From Candidatus Bathyarchaeia archaeon (GTDB lineage Archaea; Thermoproteota; Bathyarchaeia; 40CM-2-53-6), in NCBI GenBank assembly GCA_049521055.1, contig JBEKPE010000004.1, positions 535 to 64,534 of the forward strand: a stretch of DNA of 64,000 nt. The letters are read 5' to 3'. Positions 19,888 to 28,747 of the stretch are shown here, piece by piece (the first letter of the stretch is position 1; each line of letters starts with the position of its first letter). The notes below the pieces were generated by a model, which was not told where the DNA came from, made no database searches, and saw only the letters and a list, made by a program, of their open reading frames with translations. Position numbers and translations under genes: made by a program.

Positions 19888-20973
19888 ATGTTACAAAACG
19901 CTGTTCAGCACAGGACTGAGACCTTGCAGTGGACATTCTTTGGTGAACTCGATTGCGAGTTGGGCGTGGTGGTGAACGTCCACCATATCATACGCCCTCA
20001 ACTCTTGTATAAAAGGCGGTTTCTATACGATGTTGTCAAGACGACGCTCGTGCGGCCGTGTACGTTCCTCAACAGGTAGCCCAGCCAAGACAGCTGGAGT
20101 CGATCGTGAGCTCCTCTTGGACCTAACATTGTTAATTCGTTCGAAAGCAACATTGTAGAGTTCGTTGTTTAGATGTTGTTGGTGTGAATTCCCCAAATCT
20201 TCAGCCCTTTCGCATTCTCCAGAGAGATCCTCAAGAAAGCAGTAGTAATCGCAGAATCCCGGGGCTTCAAACTAGTTCACGGCATTGTCGACTCCATGTG
20301 GCTAAAGAAACCTCAAGCAACAGGAGAGGAGTACAAGCGAGTTTGCGAGCAAATAGGGGAGGAGCTTGACATTCCTATAAGCTTCGAAGGACGCTACAAG
20401 TGGATTGTTTTCCTCAACTCACGAATCGACACTAGGGTTCCCGTGCTCAACCGATACTATGGGGTCTTTGAGGACGGCACGCTCAAGGTCAGAGGAATCG
20501 ACCTAAGAAGACATGACACTCCGGAAATAGTGAGAAAATGCCAGGCAGAGATGCTATCCATACTGTCCAAAGCGGACAACTCTGACGAGTTCCGAGAGCT
20601 CGTGCCAAGAGCGCTTAGTGATGAAGCATTACGTATCACTTCTGATGAGCGGCAACGTTCCAGTCAAAGAATTAGTGATAGAGAAGCGCCTCAGCAAGAT
20701 GCCCAGCGAGTAGACCAATCTAATTCCCCAGGCAATCGCGGCAAGGCATCCGTCCGTGAAGGAAGCCATGTTCATCCTGGACAGAACATCAGCTTCGTCA
20801 TAAGTCATAATGATTCAGGGATAGCGGACAATCGCGCTTTGCCTGTTGAACTCGCCGACGAGACCACGCCATACGATGCCGCCTCCTATGTCGAGCTCAT
20901 TCTCTCTTCTGCGTTGAACTTGTTCTTGCCCTTTGGGTTTGATCTCAACACGTTAAGAGCGAAAACACAGTAG
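19888..20973 (+). pseudogene. family-B DNA polymerase C-terminal (palm/thumb) remnant with a degenerate catalytic motif and in-frame stops
   Basis: 20296..20973 aligns with the PolB thumb: GIDLRRHDTPEIVRKCQAEMLSIL against Pfu [24 protein letters not shown], and the C-terminus carries ISNRA..EEYDP..YDAxYY-like spacing. Reading the same frame upstream gives KLVHGIVDSMWL where motif C YGDTDS should be, so both Asp are lost. Further upstream the frame gives NIVNSFES, which resembles motif B NSxYG, but stops at 20170 and 20185 break the frame. No exonuclease or N-terminal domain is present. Confidence 0.5.
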
Positions 20974-21273
20974 AATTCGTCAGTATACTTCGCAACCCAG
21001 CTGCGTATCGGAGTGTCGTAATTATCAGGAAGGCATACTCCGATGGATGATCTTGTTCTTGGGACTGTAGATGTAGGCATTCAGGGAAGTTATGGTTGCG
21101 AGTAAAGTGGGCGCCATGCAACTACAAACGCGTCGCCCACATCTGCCAGGTGATAAAAGAGTAACCTACTGGTAGCTTGGGAACGATTCCGGACATCTCA
21201 CCTCCGAGCATTCTTGCAATCGTTTTCAAATCTCTCTCATATTTGGTTCAGAAGAGGATGCTGATGTTCATGG

Positions 21274-22041
21274 CTATCTCATGGCTGGATCAAACTCGCT
21301 GATCTTGTGATGCTGAACAAATCTCGGACGAGTGGAGATGCTGGTAACAGCTTCTCTCCGTGAGCTTCCCGAAAGCGAAGATAGCGTTGAATGCCTATCG
21401 TAAGCTTCTGGGGTGATGAAAGTGACGTATTCTTCTGGTTCTCCTTCGTACACAGTTAGCCTAGCTGCTATCGCTTTTCCATCTCTATCGAGGGACTTCA
21501 AGCCTCTGATCTTCAGATAGTCCCATGCACCGACACGAATTGCGGACGACACCATGACGAGAACTACGACCTCAACTCGCATGTCCGGATAGCGTATCAG
21601 CCTCCTCAGTTCTTCCACTGCCGGAGCTCGGTCAAGTGCATACCGCCTGAAAGAGGGAATCTTCTTGTTGATCTTCTTCCAGTTCAGCGTAACATCGTTC
21701 ATTTCAAGAAATAATTTCACGGGTTTCTTGAAGTTCGGAACCGTGCTCTCTGAGATTTCCTTTTTCCTAACCCTATCCTTCTGAACCATGATGTACTCGA
21801 TTATTTTGGATTCGACCCAGGGCTTGTTGTTTCGTGATTTGTCGAAAAAGCTGTTCGGAGTCTCGCCCAACCAGTCGAGGAATCGCCAGAACCTGCGCTC
21901 ATATTGCAGCCACGTCTCTTCAGCCCTCACAGCCTCTCGGAATATCCTGACTGATTCGCCTTCGAGGTGCGGTATCCTTCTCTTGGTCAAACCTTTCTTC
22001 CATCTTCCAAACCCGACCAGTCCGCAATAGGCTTGGACCAA
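21274..22041 (-). pseudogene. tyrosine recombinase/integrase (archaeal SSV/pNOB8-like), C-terminally truncated
   Basis: The core-binding/box I region LRRLIRYPDMRVEVVVLVMVSSAIRVGAWDYLKI matches R..T.EE..KL..........ALI..L..TGLR..E. A KAIAARLTVY hairpin Lys follows. The ORF stops before the HxxR/Tyr box, and it starts 50 nt from the 3' end of the tRNA. Confidence 0.55.
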
Positions 22042-22091
22042 AGGTCCCAGCCTAACCTGAAAGATTCAGTACCGATTCAAGAACCAAAAAT

Positions 22092-22253
22092 GTGGCGGGC
22101 CCGCCGGGATTTGAACCCGGGACCCCTCCCCAAGCTAGCTTCTAAGCCAAGCTTTTCGGGTGGCTTCCCATGGGTTCGAAACGCCCAGAGGTAAAAGCCT
22201 CACCAACGCCCACACAGCGTCACCGATGCTCTACCTGACTGAGCTACGGGCCC
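22092..22253 (-). tRNA. tRNA gene with intron(s), 162 nt, encoded CCA, identity not assigned
   Basis: On the minus strand: 5' GGGCCCG-TA-GCTCAGTCAGGTAGAGC...CCGGGTTCAAATCCCGG-CGGGCCC-G-CCA 3'. The acceptor stem is perfectly paired and the D and T arms are canonical, with about 85 nt of extra internal sequence. Confidence 0.75.
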
Positions 22254-22574
22254 CAACCCTGAGACTCCCGAACGTTATCAAAAGTATTGTGGGTTCCGTT
22301 AGCTGAACCCGATTGAACGCGAGTCTCGCGATTATGCCTGTGGGGGAGAAATGGGCCACAAGAAAAGATGTCTAGCATATGTTATACAGGTCCAGTGGTT
22401 GGCACCCACAGAAGATGCTCGCTTAGAACCGTCCCGGAAACACAGGTAAGGTGACACGCACGCTTATTCTGCCGCAAGGTGACATGTTGCACCCACAAAC
22501 CACCAATAGCGCTACGTGCCATAGAAAACTAGGGCCCCCACCGCCTCCCCCGCTGAGCGTGCGCGATCCGCGGG

Positions 22575-23525
22575 TTACGCAATGACCTTGCTGGCTTCTT
22601 CTAACCTTACGTGTACTTTGCTACGTTCTCGGTCTCTGCCGATGAGCAGTTCGAGAGTGTCGTCCACCTTCTTTGTTTGGAGTATGTGTTGTAGGTCTTC
22701 CCAACCCTTGAGTGCGGTGCCGTCGGCTTCGAGGATTACGTCTCCCGCCGACACCCCAGCTCTCCGTGCTGGGCTTCCTCGGCCCACCCGCGCAACCAGA
22801 ACGCCTTGTTCGTAGGGTAGGTTGTAGGATTCTGCGATCTCCCGGGTCAGGGTTAATCCGGCTATGCCGACGTAGGGTCGGATCACGCGTCCGTGTTCAA
22901 TGATTTCTTTGGCTATCCTCTTCGCGGCGTTGATGGGTATGGCGAACCCGATGCCTTGCGCGAATGGAATGTTCGCTGTGTTAACTCCAACCACCAGCCC
23001 CGAACTGTCCACGAGCGGGCCGCCGCTGTTGCCGGGGTTGATGGACGCGTCTGTTTGGATCAGATCTTCATACATGCGCTCCTCAACGTGAATATGCCGC
23101 TTCAACGCGCTAATCACGCCAACCGTCGCTGCTGGCCCCGGTAGCATGAAGCCGTAGGGGTTTCCGATGGCGATTGAGATCTGCCCTACCTTCAACTTGT
23201 CCGAGTCGCCAAGCTTGACGGCTGGTAGGTTTTCTCCATCAACTCGCACCACTGCCACATCAGACATCGCATCCGACCCCAACACTTCTCCGTGAAACTT
23301 TTTACCATCCGGGGTAAGCACTTCAACTCTCTCCGCATCTTCAACGATGTGATGGTTGGTGAGGATTCCACCGTTTGAATCGAAGATTATTCCCGACCCC
23401 ATCCCCCGGACCGGGATGGCATCGAACATGCTTTCTTGAATAACCCGCAACGTAGCGACTGAGACAACCGCGGGGCTTACTTTCTCAATGGCGGCTACGA
23501 CATCCGTTTCATTACCTGGAATCAA
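22575..23525 (-). CDS. HtrA/DegP-family trypsin-like serine protease with a PDZ domain
   Basis: The His-region GSGIIFDSNGGILTNHHIV and the Ser-region GNSGGPLVD are present, followed by a C-terminal PDZ-like segment. Confidence 0.75.
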   Translation of the reverse strand: MIPGNETDVVAAIEKVSPAVVSVATLRVIQESMFDAIPVRGMGSGIIFDSNGGILTNHHIVEDAERVEVLTPDGKKFHGEVLGSDAMSDVAVVRVDGENLPAVKLGDSDKLKVGQISIAIGNPYGFMLPGPAATVGVISALKRHIHVEERMYEDLIQTDASINPGNSGGPLVDSSGLVVGVNTANIPFAQGIGFAIPINAAKRIAKEIIEHGRVIRPYVGIAGLTLTREIAESYNLPYEQGVLVARVGRGSPARRAGVSAGDVILEADGTALKGWEDLQHILQTKKVDDTLELLIGRDRERSKVHVRLEEASKVIA

Positions 23526-23602
23526 ATCTAACGCGACCTGCCAAAATATGAAGTAGGGCGTTATTTATTGACTGAGTAATCAAATGTAAAACGGAGATAG
23601 CT

Positions 23603-23743
23603 TTGCAGGAAGTTGCATACTGGAAATGTAGCGGGTGCGGTTACGAATTTCTTTCCAACTCCAAGACGCCGATTTGTCCGCGTTGCAAGAGTGACAAGAT
23701 GGAGAAGAAAGATGTCAAGAAGCTTGGCGGGTTCGATGAGTGA
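23603..23743 (+). CDS. small zinc-ribbon protein (46 aa, TTG start)
   Basis: Translation gives MQEVAYWKCSGCGYEFLSNSKTPICPRCKSDKMEKKDVKKLGGFDE, with CxxC...CxxC. It is missed by the ORF track because it is under 60 aa. Confidence 0.35.
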   Translation: MQEVAYWKCSGCGYEFLSNSKTPICPRCKSDKMEKKDVKKLGGFDE

Positions 23744-23788
23744 TCTATACGCGGGTTGGCGCCCCTCGCCAGGAGAGTTTCACGCTGC

Positions 23789-23861
23789 TCCTTTGGGCGG
23801 GATTCGAACCCGCGTCGACGACGTGACAGGCCGTCATCCTAGACCACTGAACGACCAGGGC
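23789..23861 (-). tRNA. tRNA-Asp(GUC)-like gene with a non-complementary acceptor stem (possible pseudo-tRNA)
   Basis: On the minus strand: GCCCTGG-TC-GTTCAGTGGTCTAGGAT-G-ACGGC-CTGTCAC-GTCGT-CGAC-GCGGGTTCGAATCCCGC-CCAAAGG-A. The T arm is canonical. The anticodon stem ACGGC/GTCGT pairs, and the loop CUGUCAC gives anticodon GUC with U33 and A37. The acceptor 5' GCCCTGG against 3' CCAAAGG has three mismatches. Confidence 0.45.
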
Positions 23862-23983
23862 GTTTGCAACTCACACACCCTGAGGCCAGTTTAAAGCCTT
23901 GCTGAGCAAAGGAAAATCTCATCATAGCGGCATCAGTTAATTGTGATCAAAGAATCACCGAGAGGATAAGCGCATTTTGTTGA

Positions 23984-24469
23984 TTGTGGCAGAGGTCCCA
24001 GATCGTGGTTGACCTCGACGTAGCCTACGTCCCCACTCCCAAGGACATAGTTCGCCAGATGCTTCAACTAGCATCCTTGCGTCGCGGGGAAACTCTATTC
24101 GACCTAGGTGCTGGAGATGGACGGATAATGATCGACGCGGTACGCCGTTTTGGGGCTAAGGCGGTAGGTGTGGAGATCGATCCAGAACGGATTAGTCGAA
24201 CTAGGGAACGATTAGCGGCTACGGTGACGCAAGCTGAGTTGATTGAGGGAGATCTCTTTCAGGTCGACCTGTCATCCGCCGACGTAATCGCCATTTATCT
24301 CTCAGACTCAGCAAACGCTAAGCTCGCGGCAAAATTGAAGGACGAACTGAAGGCGGGGGCACGGGTCGTCTCATTAGACTATAAGCTCCCCGGATGGGCG
24401 GCAGATCGGGAGTTAGAGGTTAACACGAGCGGAATTACACGTAGACTGTACCTGTACAAGATAACCTAA
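23984..24469 (+). CDS. class I SAM-dependent methyltransferase (small)
   Basis: Motif I is LFDLGAGDGRI, followed by an acidic residue after beta2 (VGVEID). Confidence 0.6.
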   Translation: MWQRSQIVVDLDVAYVPTPKDIVRQMLQLASLRRGETLFDLGAGDGRIMIDAVRRFGAKAVGVEIDPERISRTRERLAATVTQAELIEGDLFQVDLSSADVIAIYLSDSANAKLAAKLKDELKAGARVVSLDYKLPGWAADRELEVNTSGITRRLYLYKIT

Positions 24470-24785
24470 GGGTCCGATCGTGGCGGTCGATTCGTGCGAA
24501 GACCGTCAATGTGGTTGACTAGGTGGCTTTAGTGAGTCGCCTTCTGCACTCAGTTCGCTGCCCGCATGCATTCTTGCTCTTACTCTTTTCGTAATCACTT
24601 CGGACGCTTTAGACCCTACCAGGTCTGAGAGAATACTCGCTAGCGCGTCGCAGTGGTCGCACAAATTGTATCCCGGGTTATCGAGCCAACCTGAAAGTCG
24701 CATATATAAGTTGCCGATTTTGGCTTCGGATTTTGTAAATAAATAAAGTCACATCGCGCACCTTTACCGCGCTGGAGGTGAGTCG

Positions 24786-24917
24786 ATGTCAAAGTTTAGG
24801 CTCCTGCTCGCCGCGGTTGTAGTTCTGGCACTGGTTGCCGTAGTCCTGATGACGGGCAATGTCAGCGCCGGAGATCCAAACGGCGGCGGCCACGGCATAA
24901 TAGCAGCACTATTCTAA
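24786..24917 (+). CDS. small secreted/membrane peptide (43 aa)
   Basis: Translation gives MSKFRLLLAAVVVLALVAVVLMTGNVSAGDPNGGGHGIIAALF. GGAGGTGA sits 6 nt upstream (SD-like). The ORF is under 60 aa, so it is absent from the track. Confidence 0.25.
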   Translation: MSKFRLLLAAVVVLALVAVVLMTGNVSAGDPNGGGHGIIAALF

Positions 24918-25019
24918 ACAGCTACCATACGAGCCCCCCTACAAGTTTCCCACGTTTTTTATACGAAAAGTAACAGGTTATATCTTAGCCGCCATGGGCT
25001 GTTTCCAGGAATGTAGGCA

Positions 25020-26141
25020 ATGCTGAAGACCGAGAGAGTGCGGTTAGCCGACTGGCACAAAGGAATCAGAGAGATAATCAAGCAGCTTGATCGAACCAAC
25101 ATAAAGATACTATCCGCCATGTGGAAATATGGCCCTCGTAATTTGTTGGAAGTTTCTAGAAGAACGGGTATACCTTTCACTTCAGTCTATCACCGAGTGG
25201 CTAGACTTGAGGCGAAATCAAAGCGGCTTGTTTCCCTTATTCCACAGGTTTCAAAACTTGGTTTAGTGCGAGTCGTTGTTCTAGTCACGGCTAATTTCGG
25301 CTCTGAAGATAGAGTGACGATGGCGCTGAAGGTTCCAAATTACTGGCGGTCTGTGAACCGTTGCGAAGGGACCTTCACACACTTTTCGGTCCACCTAGTT
25401 CCGTTCAAATTTCTGAAACAGTTCCGAAGCTACATGAAACGACTAGTGGAATTGGGCCTCATCACTCAATCCAGCATAATGCTCACCAGCGACTATATTC
25501 CAAACTTCCCCAACTTCGACTACTACAACCCGGCGACCAATGAATGGGCGTTTCAATGGGGACGCTGGTTAGCCTCGTTCAAGAAGAAACCGTCCCAAAC
25601 CATCGAAGACCCAGCCAGCTACCCCATACTGGCTGACAAGAAGGACATGTTGATTGTGAAAGAGCTCGAGAAGAACGCTCGCAAGAGTTTCGCCGACCTA
25701 GCGCCTTTGCTGGGCATTTCATTGCAAGGGGTAAAGTACCACTACGACAAGAAACTCGTCCCCACAGGCATTGTGAATTACTTCGGTTTCGATGTCTGGC
25801 CGTACCCCGAAACAGTCTCAGCTTACCATGAGATACTACTCAAATTCACAAACTCTCGAGACATGAACAGATTCTACTCATCCATGAACGAATTCTTCTT
25901 CGTTCTTGGCATCTCAAAGGTTCTCCACCAGAACTCCCTCCTTGTCAGGACATACACTCTTCAAACTCAGGTTCCTTTACGAGCTCTTCGACCAAAAACA
26001 AGGTTGGAGTTTCGATCTGAAGCAAAACCTAGCCGAGTTGTCAAAGCTAGCCCGAGTAACAACTGTCCGCAGACGCGTGTGATATTGGTCCCGCGGGCCG
26101 GATTTGAACCAGCGACAGTCCGGTTTCCGTTGTTAGCTTAG
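25020..26141 (+). CDS. transcription regulator with two winged-helix/HTH (Lrp/AsnC- or TrmB-like) domains
   Basis: Two HTH-like segments are present: NIKILSAMWKYGPRNLLEVSRRTGIPFTSVYHRVARL and DMLIVKELEKNARKSFADLAPLLGISLQGVKYHY. The 3' end overlaps the antisense tRNA at 26086-26239, so the true stop may be earlier. Confidence 0.4.
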   Translation: MLKTERVRLADWHKGIREIIKQLDRTNIKILSAMWKYGPRNLLEVSRRTGIPFTSVYHRVARLEAKSKRLVSLIPQVSKLGLVRVVVLVTANFGSEDRVTMALKVPNYWRSVNRCEGTFTHFSVHLVPFKFLKQFRSYMKRLVELGLITQSSIMLTSDYIPNFPNFDYYNPATNEWAFQWGRWLASFKKKPSQTIEDPASYPILADKKDMLIVKELEKNARKSFADLAPLLGISLQGVKYHYDKKLVPTGIVNYFGFDVWPYPETVSAYHEILLKFTNSRDMNRFYSSMNEFFFVLGISKVLHQNSLLVRTYTLQTQVPLRALRPKTRLEFRSEAKPSRVVKASPSNNCPQTRVILVPRAGFEPATVRFPLLA

Positions 26142-26239
26142 TAGGCTGACATGGATGCGCCTTGGGCGCACACCTACAGCGTCTCCGTCACTCCTATGAA
26201 GAGGGACTCGGAAGCTCTACCAAGCTGAGCTACCGCGGG
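26086..26239 (-). tRNA. tRNA gene with intron(s), 154 nt, encoded CCA
   Basis: On the minus strand: CCCGCGG-TA-GCTCAGCTTGGTAGAGC...GCTGGTTCAAATCCGGC-CCGCGGG-A-CCA. The acceptor stem is perfectly paired, with about 78 nt of extra internal sequence. Confidence 0.7.
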
Positions 26240-26364
26240 ACCGAATCAAAGCCTCGAACCCGTATCCTATAAGCATTCACTGAGATTTTGCGCGTTCCTT
26301 GAAGGGTTTTATTCCTAGCTAAGCGGGCGGGTTAAATTCATGAAGCATTTCCCTTCAGCCAAAG

Positions 26365-26781
26365 TTGGTCCGCATGCCATTCAAACGCACCTTTCGCGTT
26401 CATTGGGTTGACACCGACATGGCCGGCGTCATGCACTTCACCAATTACCTCCGATACTTCGAAGCATGCGAAGAAGAATTCTATAGATCAATATCCCTAC
26501 CATTCAACGACGTTCGCGTAAAGTATGGAATCACATTCCCAAGAGTCGAAGCCCACTGTCAGTATAAGGCGGCTTGCCGCTTCGATGATATCTTTGACGT
26601 CCTAATGCGAGTGAGAGAAGTTACTGAAAAAACGATCACGTACGATTTTCAAGCAATCCGACAACCCGATGGTAAACTGGCAGCGGAAGGGTACATCAAG
26701 TGCATCGCAGTAAACTCGGAATGGAAAGCCGTGCAACTGCCAGCTGACCTAGCTAAGACTGTTCGTGAAAAAGGCAACTAA
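26365..26781 (+). CDS. hotdog-fold acyl-CoA thioesterase (4HBT/YbgC-like)
   Basis: WVDTDMAGVMHFTNYLRYFE matches the 4HBT family's N-terminal catalytic region. Confidence 0.6.
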   Translation: MVRMPFKRTFRVHWVDTDMAGVMHFTNYLRYFEACEEEFYRSISLPFNDVRVKYGITFPRVEAHCQYKAACRFDDIFDVLMRVREVTEKTITYDFQAIRQPDGKLAAEGYIKCIAVNSEWKAVQLPADLAKTVREKGN

Positions 26782-26803
26782 GGTTGACCCATTGCAGACG
26801 TGA

Positions 26804-28027
26804 GTGTACGAGATGAGTTTCGGAGAAGTTCCACGAGATACTAGAAACGTAGTTATCGGTGCAGCACCGTTAGCGGCTGGACTAGGGTTCTACCAAGTCG
26901 CGATTGCAGTCTTCCTCCCTCTAGAAGGCATCTCGGTAACGAACCTCGGAGTTCTCTTCACCACACTCGGCCTAACTACCGTCGCCCTCAGCATTCCCTT
27001 CGCAATCCTCTCAGATCGGTACGGACGAAAGGAGATAATGCTCGTAGGCTCAGTTCTCGGTTCGATTGTTATCGTGGTCCCGGGTCTCACTTCGAATTTC
27101 CTACTTCTGGAGGCCTCTGCAGTCATCGGAGGTGCAGGCGAGGCAATGTACCTCGCAACACGAAATGCCTACCTTGCAGACACGACCACGGTAAGCGTTC
27201 GCGCAGAGACATTCAGCCTATCATTCATGACGTTCACTATCGCGTCGGGGATAGGCACGTTTCTCCCAGCATTTTTCCCGCTCTTCAAGATCGACCTCCT
27301 CACCGCGCACAAAATTACCTTCGTAGCGCTTGGTCTTTTCGCGTTGATAACGGCATTCACGGTTCAAAAATGGGCGGTAAAGGCTAGACCTAACGTATCA
27401 CGCGAGGGAATTCTGCCCCGGAAATCCTTTGGGGTCATCATGAAATTCTCCGCTGCGAACCTCCTCATTGGGCTCGGAGCGGGCCTAATTATACCGCTTA
27501 TACCCACATGGTTCTACCTTCGCTTCAACGAGACCGATGTTTTTTCAGGACCTCTCATAGCGTCATCAAACATCATAATGGGGTTAACTGCGGTAGCCGC
27601 TCCCCGCGTCGCGAGGAGTATCGGTTTGGTTAAAGGAATCGTGATGACTCAAGCACTGTCAACGATTTTCCTGCTCGCCATTCCCTTCTGCCCAACGGCG
27701 CTCATTGCTGGGGTATTCTACGTAATTCGCGCTGTTCTCATGAACATGGCAAGCCCGCTCTCAGACACGTTCCTCATGAATATGATCGCCGAAGACGAAC
27801 GTGCAATCGCGTCTTCCTTCAACGTCGTGCTATGGAACTTACCCAATGCCGCAAGCACAGTTGTGGGCGGCTCAATGCTAAGCAGCGGGAACCTAAGTCT
27901 CCCGTTCTACTTGTGTGGGGGCCTATACGTTACGGCTATCGTCGCATTCTATGCTATTTTCAGAAGAACCGAGAAAACAGTTCAGAGCAGCGGAGCGTCA
28001 CCTAGCTCCGTGAACGATTACACTTGA
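26804..28027 (+). CDS. MFS transporter
   Basis: There are about 12 TM helices, and the loop 2-3 motif DRYGRKEIM matches the MFS D-R-x-G-R-[KR] signature. Confidence 0.7.
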   Translation: MYEMSFGEVPRDTRNVVIGAAPLAAGLGFYQVAIAVFLPLEGISVTNLGVLFTTLGLTTVALSIPFAILSDRYGRKEIMLVGSVLGSIVIVVPGLTSNFLLLEASAVIGGAGEAMYLATRNAYLADTTTVSVRAETFSLSFMTFTIASGIGTFLPAFFPLFKIDLLTAHKITFVALGLFALITAFTVQKWAVKARPNVSREGILPRKSFGVIMKFSAANLLIGLGAGLIIPLIPTWFYLRFNETDVFSGPLIASSNIIMGLTAVAAPRVARSIGLVKGIVMTQALSTIFLLAIPFCPTALIAGVFYVIRAVLMNMASPLSDTFLMNMIAEDERAIASSFNVVLWNLPNAASTVVGGSMLSSGNLSLPFYLCGGLYVTAIVAFYAIFRRTEKTVQSSGASPSSVNDYT

Positions 28028-28667
28028 CACAAAACGCACGCGCCTCTTCATTCATTGCCCCGCAGAACTTGCATTTCCAACCCGATTCTACTACGGGGCT
28101 TGGTTTGGATGTCTTCTCTCCTCCCCTCAGTCCCAAATACGAGAGGATTACGCCGATGAGTAGTAGTTCAAAGTCGGCGTATTGAAGCAGGGGATTGAGT
28201 GCTATTACACTTTGGGCTGAACTCAAACTGAAGATTACTGTGCGCGGGCTGTTATCCTGATTATCGAACACGAAGTAGTAGGTACCTGCCACGCTCGGCG
28301 AAAGGGTGAAGTTGTATGAAACCGCGATAGGTTCGGCAAGAACTAGTGCGCTCGGACGCCCCGTCCGCCATAATAAAAAGTTTCCTTCATTCATCACATA
28401 GAATGCTACCTCACGCCCTTCAGCAACCTGAAGCGAACCGATTAGCTGGCTTCCGCTAGACAAATCCTCGGAGACGAAGCTATAATTCGACGCCGGGACA
28501 CTGTATAGCGTGGGAGATAGGATAGCGGTCTCCTGAGTATAGTGCGACGCTTGCCCCGTTATGTCTGCGAGCGGGGTCAATACCTGTGTGCCTTGCTGGA
28601 AAAGTAAGACTCCAGCTAGGATGAGAAATACGCCGACGGTCAAAGTCTTTCTTCGCATGCCAATCAT
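28002..28667 (-). CDS. membrane protein with a C-terminal cytoplasmic zinc ribbon
   Basis: It has an N-terminal TM, an extracytoplasmic domain, a second TM, then CKFCG...CVKC. It overlaps the convergent MFS gene by 26 nt. Confidence 0.45.
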   Translation of the reverse strand: MIGMRRKTLTVGVFLILAGVLLFQQGTQVLTPLADITGQASHYTQETAILSPTLYSVPASNYSFVSEDLSSGSQLIGSLQVAEGREVAFYVMNEGNFLLWRTGRPSALVLAEPIAVSYNFTLSPSVAGTYYFVFDNQDNSPRTVIFSLSSAQSVIALNPLLQYADFELLLIGVILSYLGLRGGEKTSKPSPVVESGWKCKFCGAMNEEARAFCVKCNRSRS

Positions 28668-28747
28668 CTTCTAGCAGGGATGAGTTGGTGAATAAACCTT
28701 GAGTACGACGATTACGAGTTCTGGGCGGACGATTGCTCGCGGAAAAA

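Noticed and set aside
20253-20280. tcccggggcttcaaactag resembling the tRNA T-arm/att region
   Set aside because: It is in inverted orientation relative to the tRNA and lies inside the PolB-remnant coding frame. It is only a 12/16 match, so likely coincidence and not an att site.
23613-23894. 93-aa ORF overlapping the tRNA-Asp-like gene
   Set aside because: It runs through a tRNA-like sequence, with an Arg-rich low-complexity translation. The short 23603..23743 zinc-ribbon frame is the better candidate.
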